Source: an uncultured Candidatus Micrarchaeota archaeon
Lineage (GTDB): Archaea > Micrarchaeota > Micrarchaeia > Micrarchaeales > Micrarchaeaceae
NCBI GenBank assembly: GCA_963741095.1
Contig: CAVUGN010000001.1
Span: 88,996-120,995, forward strand
Direction of reading: 5' to 3'
Length of the DNA: 32,000 nt
Shown here: positions 29,416 to 32,000 of the stretch, one piece after another
How positions within the stretch are numbered: the stretch's first letter is position 1
How the letters are laid out: each line of letters opens with the position of its first letter
The notes under the pieces: generated by a model
The model's input: only the letters and a program-made list of their open reading frames with translations
What the model was told of the DNA's origin: nothing
The model's database searches: none
Translations under genes and position numbers: made by a program

Positions 29416-32000
29416 TTAGCTATTAAATAGTGGTTTCCGATAGGTCGGCCAGGTGCTGTGCCGCCTTCTCCTCTTTACGGCCAGGTATATGGCCGACATG
29501 ATTATGATGATGGAGACTGCCGCTATGCCGTATTCGGCGCCGTTGTTGGATGTTGGCTTTTGCGCTATCGTGGTGGGCGTTGTCGTAGCAGGCTGTGTCG
29601 GTTCGAACAGTGCCACGGTGCGATCCACGCCGATGTTGAATGACACCAAGCAGGCGGTAGCGTTGATCGTGCCATTCGTTATCGGCTGCCATGTGCCGTT
29701 TACCAACAGGTATGGGGATACCTCGCTTGAAGGTATGCTGCAATTGTAGCTGAGCCGCATCATCAGGTTCAGTTCGGACTGCAATTTCGCGACGCCGGTC
29801 ACGTTTATCCTCAATGCGAGGAGCTTTGTATAACCAGGAAGGAGCACAGTATCGTTGCGGGTCACATTGGTTATTGTTATGTTGAAGTGCCCTGAGGATG
29901 TGGACTGTACGATTACATACGCCTGGCCATTGTTGAGGTCGAGCGTGCTGGATCCCGAGCTCGGCACCGATATTGTTGTCGAGACGTTGTTTCCAGACAC
30001 GTTCAGCTGGGGCGTAGTCTGCGGCTGCACGGTGGTCGTGGCTGTTGTCGCAACGGTGGTGATCGTAGAGGTGGCAGAGGTGGTTGAAGAGATCGCATTT
30101 GTGGAAGGGGAGCCCGACCCAGCCCCGCCCTGTGATTGCTGTGTGCCAACCTGGATGGTGTTCTGGACCGAACTGAAGATGTATGGAACGTTGGTGCCGG
30201 TGTCCGTGATAACCGCGTTGTACGAATCCGTGCCTGCAGGAGGGACGAATGCCCCGAAAGTGATGGTGCCGGCGAACTGGCCGGTGAGCGTATTGACCAC
30301 CGCGCCACTAGATGCGACTAGGTTGGCGACGAACGGTCCAATGCCGCCATTGAGAAGCACGTTGTAGGTGATAGATTGGCCAACAGTCAATTGAGATGCG
30401 GACGGCGTCAGGGAAGTGGCGGTGGGCGTAACCGCGACAGTTATGGTGTTTGATGATGCCGAGAATGAGGATTCCGGAGTGTTAGAAGAATCAGTCACTT
30501 CGAGCGCGAAGTTGTAGGTGTTGCCGCCTGCCAGCGTGCCTGCAGGTATGGTACAAGTCGCGGTGTTGCCCGCGATCTGGCCGCTGCCGGTGTTCGCAGT
30601 GCACTGGGTTGCGCCGGAATATGCACCGCCATTCACGGAAATGTGCCAGGTGTATGAATAGGGCGATGTGCCAGTGGACGGCAAGACGGCGGTTATTGTT
30701 TCAGTCTGGCTGGAGTCGATTGTTGAATACGCTATTCCTGGCTGGGCTGATTGAGTGAGTTGCGGTGACACGGTTATGGTCGACGAAGCAGTGGATGTGG
30801 AAATCTCATTAGCCTGCGAGCTGTCGGATACTCGGAGTTCGAAACTGTAGGTTTTGATTGTGGATAATGTGTTGCCGGGTATGCTGCAGGTGACGATGTT
30901 GCTGGAAGTCTGCCCGGTGCCGCTGTTGGTTGCGCATTGGGTTGTGGCGGAATATGAGACGCCCCCGTTGGTCGAGACGAGCCAATTATAGGTGTATGGC
31001 GATACTCCGGTTGATGGGATCACGGCAGTGATTGTCTCGGCCTGATCGACGTCGAGCTTCGATGTTGACACCGTGGGCGCGGATGGCGCTGTGAGCGGCG
31101 GATACACAGTAACAGTGCCGGATGAAGCGGAGAAGACGCTCTCCTGGGCGGTCGCGGAATCTGTTGTCTCCAGCGCGAAGGTGTAGAAGTCGCCTCCGGA
31201 CAATGTGTTGCCTGGTATGGTGCATGTGACCGTGTTGCCGGGGATCTGGCCGCTGTTGCTGTTGACTGTGCATTGCGTTGCGCCGGCGTATACGCCGTTG
31301 TTTGTGGAGACGTGCCACGTGTACGCGTAAGGCGAGGTGCCCGTTGACTGGATGTTGGCGGTCACAGTCTCAATCTGGTCGGAGTCGAGGTTCGCGGCCG
31401 AGATTGATGGAGTGTTGGAATTTGTGAGCGGCGACGCCACGACGACGTTCTGAGTCGTGAATGAGTTCGTCGTGTCGGGAATCGTGTCGCTGTCGGTGAC
31501 CTGCAGCTTGAATGAATAGGTGTGCGTGGCGATAAGATTTCCTCCGAAGATGTTGCAAAGCACCGTAACGCCGTTGGCTTCGCCCGTTCCGCTGTTGACG
31601 TCGCATTGGGCCGTCGGTGCATAAGAGCCGCCGTTGTCCGAGATCAGCCAATTGTAGGTGTACGGTGCGGTGCCCGTTGATGGCATGACGCCGGTTAGGA
31701 TCTCTGTTTGGTCCGCGTCGAGGCTTGATGCGGAAACTGCAGGCGAGTTTGCCACAGCCGGGGATACCACGTTTATCGTGTTGTTTGAAGCGGAAAATGC
31801 GCTCTCCTGCGCGGTCGCGGAATCCGTTATCTCAAACGCGAAGTTGTAGAAGTTGCCACCGGCGAGAGTATTGCGCGGAATGGTGCAGGTGACTGTGTTG
31901 CCCGCAATCTGGCCGGTGCCGCTGTTGACCGTGCACTGCGTTGCGCCGGCGTATACACCGTTGTTTGTGGAGACGTGCCACGTGTATGAATAGGGCGCTG
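29416..32000 (-). CDS. Very large repeat-containing surface protein, 3' part (5' end outside window); C-terminal TM anchor
   Basis: The track ORF begins at GTG 31770. My translation of 31771-31998 in the same frame has no stop and continues the repeat (...APYSYTWHVSTNNGVYAGATQCTVNSGTGQIAGNTVTCTIP...). From N to C the window shows at least 5 tandem 111-aa Ig-like units, one degenerate unit, a T/S linker and a sequon-rich domain. The C-terminus is the TM helix AAVSIIIIMSAIYLAV followed by KRRRRH. Confidence 0.85.
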   Translation of the reverse strand, partial: APYSYTWHVSTNNGVYAGATQCTVNSGTGQIAGNTVTCTIPRNTLAGGNFYNFAFEITDSATAQESAFSASNNTINVVSPAVANSPAVSASSLDADQTEILTGVMPSTGTAPYTYNWLISDNGGSYAPTAQCDVNSGTGEANGVTVLCNIFGGNLIATHTYSFKLQVTDSDTIPDTTNSFTTQNVVVASPLTNSNTPSISAANLDSDQIETVTANIQSTGTSPYAYTWHVSTNNGVYAGATQCTVNSNSGQIPGNTVTCTIPGNTLSGGDFYTFALETTDSATAQESVFSASSGTVTVYPPLTAPSAPTVSTSKLDVDQAETITAVIPSTGVSPYTYNWLVSTNGGVSYSATTQCATNSGTGQTSSNIVTCSIPGNTLSTIKTYSFELRVSDSSQANEISTSTASSTITVSPQLTQSAQPGIAYSTIDSSQTETITAVLPSTGTSPYSYTWHISVNGGAYSGATQCTANTGSGQIAGNTATCTIPAGTLAGGNTYNFALEVTDSSNTPESSFSASSNTITVAVTPTATSLTPSASQLTVGQSITYNVLLNGGIGPFVANLVASSGAVVNTLTGQFAGTITFGAFVPPAGTDSYNAVITDTGTNVPYIFSSVQNTIQVGTQQSQGGAGSGSPSTNAISSTTSATSTITTVATTATTTVQPQTTPQLNVSGNNVSTTISVPSSGSSTLDLNNGQAYVIVQSTSSGHFNITITNVTRNDTVLLPGYTKLLALRINVTGVAKLQSELNLMMRLSYNCSIPSSEVSPYLLVNGTWQPITNGTINATACLVSFNIGVDRTVALFEPTQPATTTPTTIAQKPTSNNGAEYGIAAVSIIIIMSAIYLAVKRRRRHSTWPTYRKPLFNS
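30148..32000 (-). repeat. Tandem array of 333-bp (111-aa) coding repeats with alternating A/B subtypes
   Basis: The P-Y-x-Y-x-W motif recurs at residues 36, 147, 258 and 369 of the track ORF and again at the window edge. A-type units (YTWH(V/I)S..NG.Y.GATQCT.N...GQI.GNT.TCTIP) alternate with B-type units (YTYNWL(I/V)S.NGG). A-type copies 663 nt apart (about 31258-31330 and 31921-31993) are nearly identical in DNA. Confidence 0.85.

Overview
Compact archaeal chromosomal window with AGG/AAG/ATA-rich codon usage. The very divergent 16S sequence and the gene content suggest a DPANN-type lineage (Micrarchaeota/ARMAN-like); this is inference only. Layout:
- 1-6090 (+): spc-like ribosomal-protein operon (L24, S4e, L5, S14, S8, L6, L32e, L19e, L18, S5) running straight into Csl4, RpoL and a DUF99 gene.
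- 6213-9285: an ankyrin-repeat protein and an 804-aa Ser/Thr-rich, sequon-dense surface protein.
- 9611-11600: a stand-alone 16S rRNA gene split by a 507-nt bulge-helix-bulge intron. The intron encodes a small, apparently degenerate LAGLIDADG protein. The gene is enclosed by a long processing stem and followed by a VapBC module instead of tRNA/23S.
- 12496-14226 (-): S13-S4-S11 operon.
- 15717-17474 (-): polar-lipid head-group genes (CDP-alcohol phosphatidyltransferase, CarS, dolichol-kinase-like).
- 17528-17762 (-): tRNA-Lys(UUU) plus a tRNA-like element I could not fold canonically.
- 17855-19749: LipA and a split LplB/LplA lipoate ligase whose lplA lacks a canonical start for its conserved N-terminus.
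- 19765-26582: the most unusual block. It holds a type IV pilin-like gene, secreted or membrane glycoproteins, a wHTH-REC response regulator with a degenerate GGDEF-like output domain, and a cytoplasmic GAF/multi-PAS histidine kinase.
- 26668-29394: HEPN-like protein, fibrillarin (no adjacent Nop5), a Zn-ribbon protein and a spermidine-synthase-like methyltransferase.
- 29416-32000 (-): 3' part of a very large surface protein built from tandem 111-aa repeats.
Many antisense and alternate-frame ORFs in the track are composition artefacts and were rejected.
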